From the IMG/VR virus record IMGVR_UViG_3300012954_000007: a stretch of 64,000 nucleotides of DNA; one strand, given 5' to 3'. Shown one piece after another: positions 48,611-58,368 of the stretch. Origin of the DNA: a virus. Made by a program: the position numbers and the translations under genes. Each line of letters begins with the position of its first letter. Positions within the stretch are counted from its first letter, which is position 1. The notes under the pieces are model-generated. The model saw only the letters and a program-made list of their open reading frames with translations. It ran no database searches and was not told the DNA's origin.

Positions 48611-50383
48611 ATGAAAAATTACGCAGAACATTTGGGCTGGGAGGTAGACGTGGACTTCCCAAGTTGGGCAAACACACACGTTTATATACAAACAATTTCT
48701 AATGGTTATTTACTACCAGGAGAGAAACCAAAAGATGCTTATTGGAGGGTATGTACTACAGTGGCAAAAAGATTAGGCAAACCACAACTGGCTACTAAAT
48801 TCTTTGATTACATTTGGAAAGGTTGGCTTTGTTTAGCAAGTCCAGTATTAAGTAATACTGGAACCGAAAGAGGTTTACCTATTAGTTGCTTTGGTATCGA
48901 TGTCGCAGATTCAATTCAAGATATTGGTCAAAAGAATTTAGAAATGATGTTACTCGCTAAACATGGTGGTGGAGTAGGTATAGGTATAAATCAGATTAGA
49001 CCAGCAGGAGCTTCTATTACGGATAATGGAACTTCCGACGGGGTTGTACCATTTTGTAAAATATACGATTCAACAATACTAGCTACTAATCAAGGAGCTG
49101 TTAGAAGAGGAGCTGCCTCAGTTAATCTTAACATAGAACATAAAGATTTTATGGATTGGCTTGAAATAAGAGAACCTAAAGGAGACGTTAATAGACAATC
49201 ACTTAATTTACATCAATGTGCTGTAGTTGGAGATAAATTCATGAGAAAATTAGAAGCTGGTGATAAAGAGTCACGTCAGAAATGGGCTTCATTAATTAAA
49301 AAACGTAGACAAACAGGAGAACCTTATATAATGTATCGGGGTAATGTAAATAAACAAAATCCAGAATCTTATAAGAAGAATGGTTTAAAAGTTTATATGA
49401 CTAATATATGTTCAGAAATTGTTTTACATACAGATGAAAATCATTCATTCGTTTGTTGTTTAAGTTCACTTAATCTCGCAAGATATGATGAGTGGAAAGA
49501 CACGGATTTAATATATACAGCGACTTGGTTTTTGGATGGTGTCCTTGAAGAATTTATTCAAAAAGCAAAGTATAGAAAAGGATTTGAAAACGCTGTCAGA
49601 AGTGCAGAAAAAGGTAGAGCTTTAGGTTTGGGAGTTTTAGGATGGCACACATTTTTACAACAAAGAGGAATACCATTTGAAGGTCTTCCAGCACAATTTG
49701 AAACACGTAGAATTTTTGGTCAAATTAAAACAGAATCAGAACAAGCTTCTAGAGATTTAGCTACAGAATACGGTGAACCACTATGGTGTGTGGGTAGTGG
49801 ATTTAGAAATACTCACTTAAGAGCTGTCGCACCAACCGTATCAAACTCTAAATTAGCTGGTGGTGTATCCAGTGGAATTGAACCATTACCAGCAAACGTA
49901 TATACTGACCAGAGTGCAAAAGGAACATTTATTAGAAAAAATAAAGAGTTAGAAAAAGTATTTAGAAAAATAGGTATAAATAACAAAGACACTTGGGATA
50001 AGATTCTTGCGGATGGAGGTAGTGTACAAGACATTAAAGAATTAGATAGTTGGGGTTATATGAACGGAAAAATAACTAATCTAGAAGAAAAAGAAAATAC
50101 ACATACAGACTTTATACCAGTTAAAGAAGTTTTCAAAACATTTAAAGAAGTAAATCAATTAGAATTGGTTAGACAAGCTGGTGTAAGACAACAATTTGTT
50201 GACCAAGCTGTATCTTTAAATTTAGCTTTCCCTAAAGAAGCAACACCAAAATGGATAAACCAAGTTCACCTTGAAGCGTGGAGACAAGGTGTGAAGACTC
50301 TTTATTATGTTAGAACAGAAAGTGTTTTGAGAGGAGATATTGCTGCAAAAGCAATGGAAGAGTGTGTTAGTTGTGAAGGTTAG
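48611..50383 (+). CDS. nrdA: class I ribonucleotide reductase alpha subunit, no ATP cone
   Basis: PISCF, GGGVG, RRGA, TNICSEI, CCLSS, APTVSNS, KTLYY, C-terminal CVSCEG. Confidence 0.95.
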   Translation: MKNYAEHLGWEVDVDFPSWANTHVYIQTISNGYLLPGEKPKDAYWRVCTTVAKRLGKPQLATKFFDYIWKGWLCLASPVLSNTGTERGLPISCFGIDVADSIQDIGQKNLEMMLLAKHGGGVGIGINQIRPAGASITDNGTSDGVVPFCKIYDSTILATNQGAVRRGAASVNLNIEHKDFMDWLEIREPKGDVNRQSLNLHQCAVVGDKFMRKLEAGDKESRQKWASLIKKRRQTGEPYIMYRGNVNKQNPESYKKNGLKVYMTNICSEIVLHTDENHSFVCCLSSLNLARYDEWKDTDLIYTATWFLDGVLEEFIQKAKYRKGFENAVRSAEKGRALGLGVLGWHTFLQQRGIPFEGLPAQFETRRIFGQIKTESEQASRDLATEYGEPLWCVGSGFRNTHLRAVAPTVSNSKLAGGVSSGIEPLPANVYTDQSAKGTFIRKNKELEKVFRKIGINNKDTWDKILADGGSVQDIKELDSWGYMNGKITNLEEKENTHTDFIPVKEVFKTFKEVNQLELVRQAGVRQQFVDQAVSLNLAFPKEATPKWINQVHLEAWRQGVKTLYYVRTESVLRGDIAAKAMEECVSCEG

Positions 50384-50394
50384 TATTTATTATT

Positions 50395-50586
50395 ATGTGT
50401 TTAAAATTTGAAAAAGAAGATTTTTATTTAGACGATAATAATAAAATGGTATTAACAGAAAAGTACCATATAAAAAAAGGTTCTTGTTGTGGTGGCAAAT
50501 GTAAGCATTGTCCTTATTGGCCACCATATCAAAAATCTAATAAAGAATTAAGGGAAGATGTACACACTGGACCTACACGGTTATAA
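50395..50586 (+). CDS. small Cys-rich protein (DUF5522-like)
   Basis: VLTEKYHIKKGSCCGGKCKHCPY. Confidence 0.7.
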   Translation: MCLKFEKEDFYLDDNNKMVLTEKYHIKKGSCCGGKCKHCPYWPPYQKSNKELREDVHTGPTRL

Positions 50587-50776
50587 AATTAATGAAACTT
50601 ACGATGTTGTAGATAGTTTTTTATTTGACCACAAATTATACGATACTAAAAAAATAGAAATAATAACTGGAGACAGTAAAGTTATTAAATCGGTAGTTAG
50701 TGAAGTTGCAGAAAATTACGGATTTTCATGTAAACCTCACATATATAATAAAGAAGTTCTAACACTATCAGTTTAG
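50558..50776 (+). CDS. stand-alone Smr-domain protein
   Basis: TLDLHG...IEIITG Smr signature, 72 aa. Confidence 0.75.
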   Translation: MYTLDLHGYKINETYDVVDSFLFDHKLYDTKKIEIITGDSKVIKSVVSEVAENYGFSCKPHIYNKEVLTLSV

Positions 50777-50809
50777 AATTATAAAACTGAATATTTATAA
50801 ATAAAACTC

Positions 50810-51268
50810 ATGGCAGAAAGACAAACGTTTGGTATTGATTTTCCCTTTCAAGATAGTGTATATGGTGACTATTTAAAAATGACGGAAACCCCTGAAGATG
50901 AAATCAAAGCTAATCTTATACATTTGTTATTAACCAGAAAAGGTAGTAGATATTTTTTACCCGATTTTGGAACCTCTCTTTATGAGTATATTTTTGAACC
51001 CTTAGATTCTCCTACTTTTGCATCCATAGAAGCAGAAATTAGGGAACAAGTAATTAAATACATACCTAACCTTAAGATTACCAATATAGAAGTAACACCC
51101 GCTTTAGAAGCTGAAGAACTTCCAGGAACTGTGGTAGCAGATAATGACCCTAGAGTTTATAGGGTAGCAGGTCAAGGAACTAAAGAACATACAGCTAAAG
51201 TAAGAATTGACTTTACAATAACAAGTGATGCTTTTGAAACCCGAGACTTCGTACTAATTAATATTTAA
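50810..51268 (+). CDS. baseplate wedge protein gp25-like
   Basis: IKANLIHLLLTRKGSRYFLPDFGTSLYEYIFEP. Confidence 0.9.
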   Translation: MAERQTFGIDFPFQDSVYGDYLKMTETPEDEIKANLIHLLLTRKGSRYFLPDFGTSLYEYIFEPLDSPTFASIEAEIREQVIKYIPNLKITNIEVTPALEAEELPGTVVADNDPRVYRVAGQGTKEHTAKVRIDFTITSDAFETRDFVLINI

Positions 51269-51270
51269 TA

Positions 51271-53124
51271 ATGGCAAACAATAAAATATCATATTCGGAA
51301 AGAGACTTTGTTGGTTTAAGGGGTGAACTTTTAAACTATGTTAATGACCAGTATCCAGATTTAATACAAAACGCTAATGACGCTTCTCTATTTTCTGTTT
51401 TTTTAGATTTAAACGCAGCGATAGGAGATAATTTACATTACCATATAGATAGAAGTTTACAAGAAACTGTTTTACAATACGCTAACCAGAGGTCTTCACT
51501 TTATAATATTGCTAGAACTTATGGTTTAAAAATACCAGGTACTAGACCTTCAGTTTCAGTTTGTGATTTTAGTATTACCGTACCAGTATTACAAACTTCG
51601 GGAGGGGGTGACAAAGAAGATTTTAGATATTTAGGAACTTTAAGAAGAGGTTCACAAGTGAAAGGTGCTGGGCAAGTATTTGAAAATATTCATGACATAG
51701 ATTTTTCAGTACCATTCGACTCAACAGGATTCCCAAATAGAACTAAGACACCTAATTTTAATAATAACGGTACTATTGTAAGTTACACTATAACTAAAAG
51801 AGAAGTTGTTATAAATGGAATCACTAAAGTATTTAAAAGAGTTATTAATAGTACAGACATTTTACCTTTTTTAAAAGTTTATTTACCCGAAAAAAATGTA
51901 TTAGGTGTTACAGGAGTAATTCAAAAAGACGGTACTAACATTCAAGCTGTACCTAAAGCTACTGAGTTTTTAACTTCACAAAATAAATGGTATGAAGTAG
52001 ACGCGTTAGCTCAAGACAAAGTTTTTATAGTTGATAGTAGTAAACCATCAGATTTACCTGGTGTTAAAGTGGGTAAATGGCAAAATGTAAACCAAAGGTT
52101 TATTACAGAGTATACCCCTGAAGGTTTTTTCTATTTAACTTTGGGTGGGGGAACCAGTAGTGCACAAGACAGTTTAGATGATTTTACTAGTCAAGAATTT
52201 ACTATGGATTTGAGTAAATATATGAATAATTTATCTCTAGGTTCATCACCTAAAGCAAATACAACTTTATTCATACAATATAGAGTGGGTGGGGGACAAT
52301 CTACAAATATAGGACCTAATACTTTAAATAGTTTTGGAACAATTGATTTTGTATTGAATGGACCTAACATTAATCTTAATAGGTCAGTTAATGAGTCTTT
52401 AACAGTTAACAATGTGACAGCCGCTATAGGTGGGTCAAATCAACCCACAGTAGAAGAAATTAGAAATTACATAGGATTTAATTTTTCATCACAAAAAAGA
52501 GCGGTTACTTTATCAGACTATAAAGTATTAATAGAAACAATGCCTTCGGTATTTGGTGCACCAGCTAAATGTGGTTTAATGGAAGTAGAAAATAAAGTAA
52601 TGATTAAATTACTTTCATATAACACTGATGGTTCTTTAACCTCTAATGTTAGTACTACTTTAATGAATAACATTAGTGAATATCTATCCGATTACAGAAT
52701 GTTAAATGATTACATTAGTATAGAACCCGCAGAAGTTATAGACCTATCTTTAGAAATCGACCTACTAATAGACCCTTCTTTTAATAGTGGAGTAATAATA
52801 ACCAACGTTATTAATACAACAAATGACTTTTTCGCACCTAAAAATAGAGAAATGGGTACTGATATTTTTGTTGGTGAACTAATCAAAAATCTAGCGTCTC
52901 AAGACGGTGTTAAAAATTTAATAGATTTAAGAATATATAACAAAGTAGGGGGTGAGTACTCCAGTAACGAAGTTTCCCAAAGATACCTAGACGACGCTAC
53001 AAAACAAATAGAATTAATTGACGGAGTTATTTTTTCACAACCTACACAATCATTTCAAGTCAAATACCCAACCAAAGACGTTATAGTTAGAGTTAAGTCT
53101 ACAAATCAAACAACAGTATCTTAA
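51271..53124 (+). CDS. baseplate wedge protein gp6/J-like
   Basis: YSERDFVGLRGELLNY, QYRVGGG, SQKRAVTLSDY. Confidence 0.88.
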   Translation: MANNKISYSERDFVGLRGELLNYVNDQYPDLIQNANDASLFSVFLDLNAAIGDNLHYHIDRSLQETVLQYANQRSSLYNIARTYGLKIPGTRPSVSVCDFSITVPVLQTSGGGDKEDFRYLGTLRRGSQVKGAGQVFENIHDIDFSVPFDSTGFPNRTKTPNFNNNGTIVSYTITKREVVINGITKVFKRVINSTDILPFLKVYLPEKNVLGVTGVIQKDGTNIQAVPKATEFLTSQNKWYEVDALAQDKVFIVDSSKPSDLPGVKVGKWQNVNQRFITEYTPEGFFYLTLGGGTSSAQDSLDDFTSQEFTMDLSKYMNNLSLGSSPKANTTLFIQYRVGGGQSTNIGPNTLNSFGTIDFVLNGPNINLNRSVNESLTVNNVTAAIGGSNQPTVEEIRNYIGFNFSSQKRAVTLSDYKVLIETMPSVFGAPAKCGLMEVENKVMIKLLSYNTDGSLTSNVSTTLMNNISEYLSDYRMLNDYISIEPAEVIDLSLEIDLLIDPSFNSGVIITNVINTTNDFFAPKNREMGTDIFVGELIKNLASQDGVKNLIDLRIYNKVGGEYSSNEVSQRYLDDATKQIELIDGVIFSQPTQSFQVKYPTKDVIVRVKSTNQTTVS

Positions 53125-53198
53125 TTAGTTTACATATTTCAGTCTACCATTAAATTTGATTTTGAGTAAATAACTATTTATTTTATAAAGAATCAAGT

Positions 53199-56100
53199 AT
53201 GCCTAAATCATATAGGATTAAAGCCCAACCTAACGAAGACAAAAATATTTTTGTTAACTTAGAACAAGACTTTGACCAACTAGAAATATTAAGTTTAAAG
53301 ATAGTCAAGTCAGATGTCTATTCTAGAACCTGTGCTGATTACGGGGTTGTAGTTGGTCGTGCACAAGCAAATGGGGGTTTTGGGATACCTAACGCTAAAG
53401 TATCTATTTTTATACCTATAACAGAAGAAGATGAAGAGGACGAAGTTATATCTCAATTATACCCTTTTAAAAAAGTAACTGACAAAAATGAAGAAGGTTA
53501 TAGGTATAATTTATTACCTAAAGAATCAGAAAGTTGTAATCATGTAGCCACTGGTAATTTTTTTACTCCTGAAGAAGTAATTAATAATCCAGTAATCTTA
53601 GAAGTTTTTGAAAAATATTATAAATTTACCACTAAAACTAATGAAAGTGGTGATTATATGTTGTGGGGTGTACCGTTAGGTAATCAAACTATTCACACTA
53701 GTATTGATGTTAGTGATATTGGATGTTATTCTATGAGACCCTACCAGTTTATTCGACAAGGTGAAAGTGAATCTAAATTTGAAAGTTCCTTAGAGTTTAA
53801 AACTTCTGAAAACTTAGACACACTACCCCAAATAGTTATACAAAATAAAGCGATTCAAGTAGTTCCATTTTGGGGTGATGAAAGTTTATGTGGTGTTGGG
53901 ATAAGTAGGGTAGATTTTGACCTTAGAGATTCTGGTGTTGAAATAGAACCGAGTGCTACATTTATGGGTTCTATTATTACAGATGATGATAATAATTATG
54001 TTTCTATAGAAGGAATGCCTGCTAAAGAACAAGGACAGTTATGTAATTTAACTACTGGTACTGGAACTATAGAAGCTATTAGACATACAATTTTAAAAGA
54101 AGAAGATGGATGTACACCCAAACTAGAAAAATTCAATTTAGATAATGGTGGTAAAGTAATTGATGGAAATGGAGCATGGGTAACACAATTACCCATGAAC
54201 TTAGATTTTGTAGTTACTAACGAGTATGGTCAACAAGTAGTTTCTGATGACCCTAAGGTAGGTATTGCTACTAAAGCAAAATATAGATTTAGAGTTTCTT
54301 TTGATGGTGCAGGAGGTGAGGTAAGAAGTGGTAGGTACTTAGTACCAAACATTAGAGAATATGACGGAACTACCAATAAAGATAAATCCTATTCTTTTTC
54401 AGACAAATTAGAAGACTATCCAGAAGTAACCCTACCAGAAGATATATACGGTTCTCCGGCAAATCAATGTACAGATTATTTTTATGAATTTCTGCCAAAC
54501 CGAGTATATAGTGTCGCTAATTTTATAGACAATTATAGACAAAATGTTAATTCTGGGGGGAATAGAAGAGGTAATAGTAGATGGAGATTTTTGGGTATTA
54601 AATCTATAAATCCTCCAGCAGAAAGTAGATGTACCGATATAACTAAAGAATTTCCAGTTAACGATGCGTTTAGAGGTGGTAGTACTAGATTTTCTACAGC
54701 ACAAATAACTAGACTTTTACAAGTCATAACATTAACAATCGCAGCATCCCTTATAAGTTACCAATTAGTAGCATTATTAGTTCAATTTGGACAACTGTGT
54801 TTAAAATCTGCTGGTACAGCTTCATTAGTTACAGTAGGTACTGTAGCTTCAGCTTCTGTAATAGATTTACCTGTAGGAGCTGCTTTATTAACTAATTTTT
54901 TAGGTGATATGATTGCTGGATTTATAGCAATACCTATTTTAGGTATAGTTTTCTTTGTACCCATAGCTTGGGGACTAGTAAAAAACTTTTTTGTAGTTAG
55001 AAAGTTATACAATTATCCCAACTGTGAACCCTGTTTTTGTGGGTCAACATTTAGTTTTAATGTGTACGTACTTATAAGTTTATTTATTAATGAAGAAGAT
55101 AAAGTATTACAGGAAACCATAGCGGATGACCCAGACAGTATAAACGATTGTAACCAAGAGAGGTATATGTTAGGATTTGCTGGTGACAATGCGTTTTATT
55201 GGAGGGGAAAACAAGACACTTATCCTAAAGGTTGTTATGTTTTACAATTTAGAGATTCTGTTTTTATTACATTTACAAGTTCTATAGTAGCTTTATCGAT
55301 ACTTTTATATATACCCGTAGCAGGTACTATTGGTATATATATCGCGTTAGGTGCAACATTAATTACATTACTGGTTTTTTGTTTAGAAAGTGTATATAAA
55401 ATGTATAGAAGTCTTAATCAGTGGAGAGTGTTAGCAAACATATATACAGCATTATGTGAAGGAGTATTTAATATGAAATTTAGTAATAATTGGGTTAATG
55501 GTACATTATATTTTCCTAAGTTTTTAACTAAAAAATTAAAAATAAATCAAACAACTGGTGAATCTATACCAGAAAGTTCACAAGTTACCGAATACACAAC
55601 CAGATTAGTAAGGGAAATTAATGAAGAAGATAACACCTATTTTTATTATAGGAGTTGTCCTTACGCACCAGGACTAGGATTCAAAGACCAAAATTTTCCA
55701 GAAGACCAATCTATCGGTCAAATAGCTGCTCATCACGGAATTAATTACCCTACAACTATTGTGGATTTAGGACCATTAGACCCATGTATTAATGATTTAT
55801 GTCGTGACGAAAAAACAGAAGATAGTTGTTTATTTGTTGATAAATTAAAACCTAGTAGTTTTCAACCAACGACAGAGTTATTAGGGATGTTGATAGAAAG
55901 AAAAATTACTACTATAAGTTTAAATGGTAATGGTTATAATTCATTTGTATGGTCTGGTGTAAATAAATGGTTTGGGGCAGACGCTAAACCAGGAGCTTCT
56001 TACGATAGAAACGTTGGTAATAGAAGATTTGGTAGTGATGGTACTGCAGCTAATCCAGGACCTTATCGTAATAGACCTATAGATGGTGACATAGCACAAC

Positions 56101-56666
56101 TACTAGCGACTAATAACCAACTAGGAGTCTCCGTTTTTAGTACAGATTCTAGTGACCCATATTATGGTAGTGGGACCCCCTGGTTTAATCAAAACGGTGG
56201 GCCAATTCCGTATAATTCAGAACCTGTAATTGGGCCAACCAATACCCCATTTGGATTAGTTCCTCGTAGTGTGGACTTAATAAATTGCATTCAAGGAGGA
56301 AGTTTTGGGATACCACAAACACAAGTTGTTCCTTATTATGATTGGGCGTCAAGTGGGTTTGGTAACTTTGATAATGATTATGATTGGAGTGGTATAGCGA
56401 TAAAAGGATACCAACAAGGACTTTCATATACACTTCCTGGTTCAAATCAAATAAATTGGGTTACCCCACCTTATTACGATGGTAGTCCACAACCACCATT
56501 AGGGTTTTTTAATACAATACCTAGTAACAATATAAGTTCACCTACAGGAAGTTTCCGTTTAGGGACAGGAATGTTTTTTTATTTTGGACTTCGTCAAGGA
56601 GCTTCCGCTTATGAAAGATTCATAAACGAATATTTACCACCTAAAGATGATGCAGGAGAACTATAA
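53199..56666 (+). CDS. large baseplate-associated protein with Ig/transthyretin-like N-terminus and multiple hydrophobic helices
   Basis: GIPNAKVSIF...TTKTNESGDYMLWGVPLG; long hydrophobic segments near 54710-55390. Confidence 0.55.
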   Translation: MPKSYRIKAQPNEDKNIFVNLEQDFDQLEILSLKIVKSDVYSRTCADYGVVVGRAQANGGFGIPNAKVSIFIPITEEDEEDEVISQLYPFKKVTDKNEEGYRYNLLPKESESCNHVATGNFFTPEEVINNPVILEVFEKYYKFTTKTNESGDYMLWGVPLGNQTIHTSIDVSDIGCYSMRPYQFIRQGESESKFESSLEFKTSENLDTLPQIVIQNKAIQVVPFWGDESLCGVGISRVDFDLRDSGVEIEPSATFMGSIITDDDNNYVSIEGMPAKEQGQLCNLTTGTGTIEAIRHTILKEEDGCTPKLEKFNLDNGGKVIDGNGAWVTQLPMNLDFVVTNEYGQQVVSDDPKVGIATKAKYRFRVSFDGAGGEVRSGRYLVPNIREYDGTTNKDKSYSFSDKLEDYPEVTLPEDIYGSPANQCTDYFYEFLPNRVYSVANFIDNYRQNVNSGGNRRGNSRWRFLGIKSINPPAESRCTDITKEFPVNDAFRGGSTRFSTAQITRLLQVITLTIAASLISYQLVALLVQFGQLCLKSAGTASLVTVGTVASASVIDLPVGAALLTNFLGDMIAGFIAIPILGIVFFVPIAWGLVKNFFVVRKLYNYPNCEPCFCGSTFSFNVYVLISLFINEEDKVLQETIADDPDSINDCNQERYMLGFAGDNAFYWRGKQDTYPKGCYVLQFRDSVFITFTSSIVALSILLYIPVAGTIGIYIALGATLITLLVFCLESVYKMYRSLNQWRVLANIYTALCEGVFNMKFSNNWVNGTLYFPKFLTKKLKINQTTGESIPESSQVTEYTTRLVREINEEDNTYFYYRSCPYAPGLGFKDQNFPEDQSIGQIAAHHGINYPTTIVDLGPLDPCINDLCRDEKTEDSCLFVDKLKPSSFQPTTELLGMLIERKITTISLNGNGYNSFVWSGVNKWFGADAKPGASYDRNVGNRRFGSDGTAANPGPYRNRPIDGDIAQLLATNNQLGVSVFSTDSSDPYYGSGTPWFNQNGGPIPYNSEPVIGPTNTPFGLVPRSVDLINCIQGGSFGIPQTQVVPYYDWASSGFGNFDNDYDWSGIAIKGYQQGLSYTLPGSNQINWVTPPYYDGSPQPPLGFFNTIPSNNISSPTGSFRLGTGMFFYFGLRQGASAYERFINEYLPPKDDAGEL

Positions 56667-58368
56667 ACTAATTCCACCCAATAAACAATATAAAGGAGCT
56701 CCCTTAGTTGACACCATTTTAAATGTAAATTTAGAAGACACTAGTAAACATTTAATTGAAGGTGACATTACGGTACCGTTAAATTTGGCTGAAAGATTCA
56801 ACGATGAAAGACAAAATTTTTCACTATATAGAATTTATGGCAAACTCCAACCCTATATTGAAAATGCGTACTCAGGTAGAGCCGACCAAACAGTATCAAA
56901 TTTAATTTATAATATGTATTTAACCACTAATTATTTTAGTGCTAATACTACAACTAATAGTGTTAATTTTATAGGTTATCCTGACTTTTCAGAATTTGAT
57001 TTTGTTAGAGATGATGTGGATGAGTCGGTTAATGATGAGACTAATTGGAATTTATATGTAACAATACCAACAACCTGTAATGAGTTACAGGAGATGACAT
57101 ATACAGCAGTAGAAGGAGGTAATAGTATGAGTTTTACTGCTTTTGAAGGTATTCCGTACTACATAACAAATAAAAAAGTGGGTGGAAAGAATCTCTTAGA
57201 GTTTACATGTCCAGTACCTCACGGGTTAAAAAAAGGTAATTATGTCAGATTAGACATTAAAGTGCCAAATTATACTTTTGCAAATGGAGTTAATACCTAT
57301 CCTGTATTTAGTTTAGGTAATGGTAAAAGAAAATCAGACAAGTTTGTTTTTAACTTATATATACCCCAAGTAGACATAGGACCCAACCCAATAAATGACG
57401 GAACCCTAGGAGTTTTTAGAAGACAACTAATTAAAAATGATATTAGTAGTTTATCTAATTATTACGTTTTAGTACATGAAATAGTTACTAATGTAGAAGA
57501 TTATCAAATCACTAAATGTGCTTTTGCTGAAGGAGTTTTTAAAAAAGTAGAAAAATTTCAAAGTAAAGAAGAGTCTCCGAACGCGGAGGATAAAATAGTT
57601 ACAAAACAAGCTTATCCTACTTACGTATATACATTCACAAAAGATATAAATGTTAAAAAATATTTAGACAATTTAAAAAGACCAATAACAACTTTGTATG
57701 TTACTGCTTTACTTAGAAACAATTTAGGTTATTTCGATTATCCACCACAATATGGGTGGGGGTGGAACTTCCCATATTCATTTAATGATGGTAATATTGG
57801 TACACAAATAGTCAAAGGAAACCCTAATGACCCACAACCCGTAACAGGAATAATATATACCTACCCAGGAGGTTCACCAGGACCACTTAAATCTGGTTTA
57901 CCTTTAGTTCCTGGTGATAAACTTAGAGGTGCGTTTACCGAGTATAATATGCATGAACTTAAAGAACGTACCATTTCAGATATTAAACATAATTTTAATT
58001 TTAACCCACAAGTCTTTAATGGAGCTGAAGGTTATACCTATAAGCCCCACTACCCAGTTAAAATTAAAGTGTATTCCGATTACATTGAATCAGGAGACCC
58101 CAATAAAATAGCAAACGTGCCAAGTTACTCTACTTATTTTGAAACAGAAAAAACTTGGAAATGGAGAGATATTTATGAGATTGGTTTTGTGGAAGGTACT
58201 AATGGTGTAGATTATCCTTTTCTAAATGCTGCTCACTATCCCAAAACAGATATTAATTTTTTTACTTCTCGTACTGTTAGAAGTAGTGCATTTAATGAAA
58301 ATGCTTCTATAACTTTAAGTGGGGCTAATAATACAATAGAAAACTTTACTGTAGATGGCTGTGAATAA
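56647..58368 (+). CDS. putative virion structural protein
   Basis: 573-aa ORF overlapping its neighbours in the baseplate operon. Confidence 0.55.
   Translation: MMQENYKLIPPNKQYKGAPLVDTILNVNLEDTSKHLIEGDITVPLNLAERFNDERQNFSLYRIYGKLQPYIENAYSGRADQTVSNLIYNMYLTTNYFSANTTTNSVNFIGYPDFSEFDFVRDDVDESVNDETNWNLYVTIPTTCNELQEMTYTAVEGGNSMSFTAFEGIPYYITNKKVGGKNLLEFTCPVPHGLKKGNYVRLDIKVPNYTFANGVNTYPVFSLGNGKRKSDKFVFNLYIPQVDIGPNPINDGTLGVFRRQLIKNDISSLSNYYVLVHEIVTNVEDYQITKCAFAEGVFKKVEKFQSKEESPNAEDKIVTKQAYPTYVYTFTKDINVKKYLDNLKRPITTLYVTALLRNNLGYFDYPPQYGWGWNFPYSFNDGNIGTQIVKGNPNDPQPVTGIIYTYPGGSPGPLKSGLPLVPGDKLRGAFTEYNMHELKERTISDIKHNFNFNPQVFNGAEGYTYKPHYPVKIKVYSDYIESGDPNKIANVPSYSTYFETEKTWKWRDIYEIGFVEGTNGVDYPFLNAAHYPKTDINFFTSRTVRSSAFNENASITLSGANNTIENFTVDGCE

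Noticed and set aside
7882-50383. Inteins, introns or homing endonucleases in polB, recA, helicase or nrdAB
   Set aside because: These genes are uninterrupted and of normal or short length, with no splicing or LAGLIDADG/HNH/GIY-YIG motifs seen.
53129-53158. TTTACA...TAAATTTG as a further host-type promoter
   Set aside because: Spacing and upstream element fit neither consensus well; the adjacent TATTTAT (53175) explains expression.
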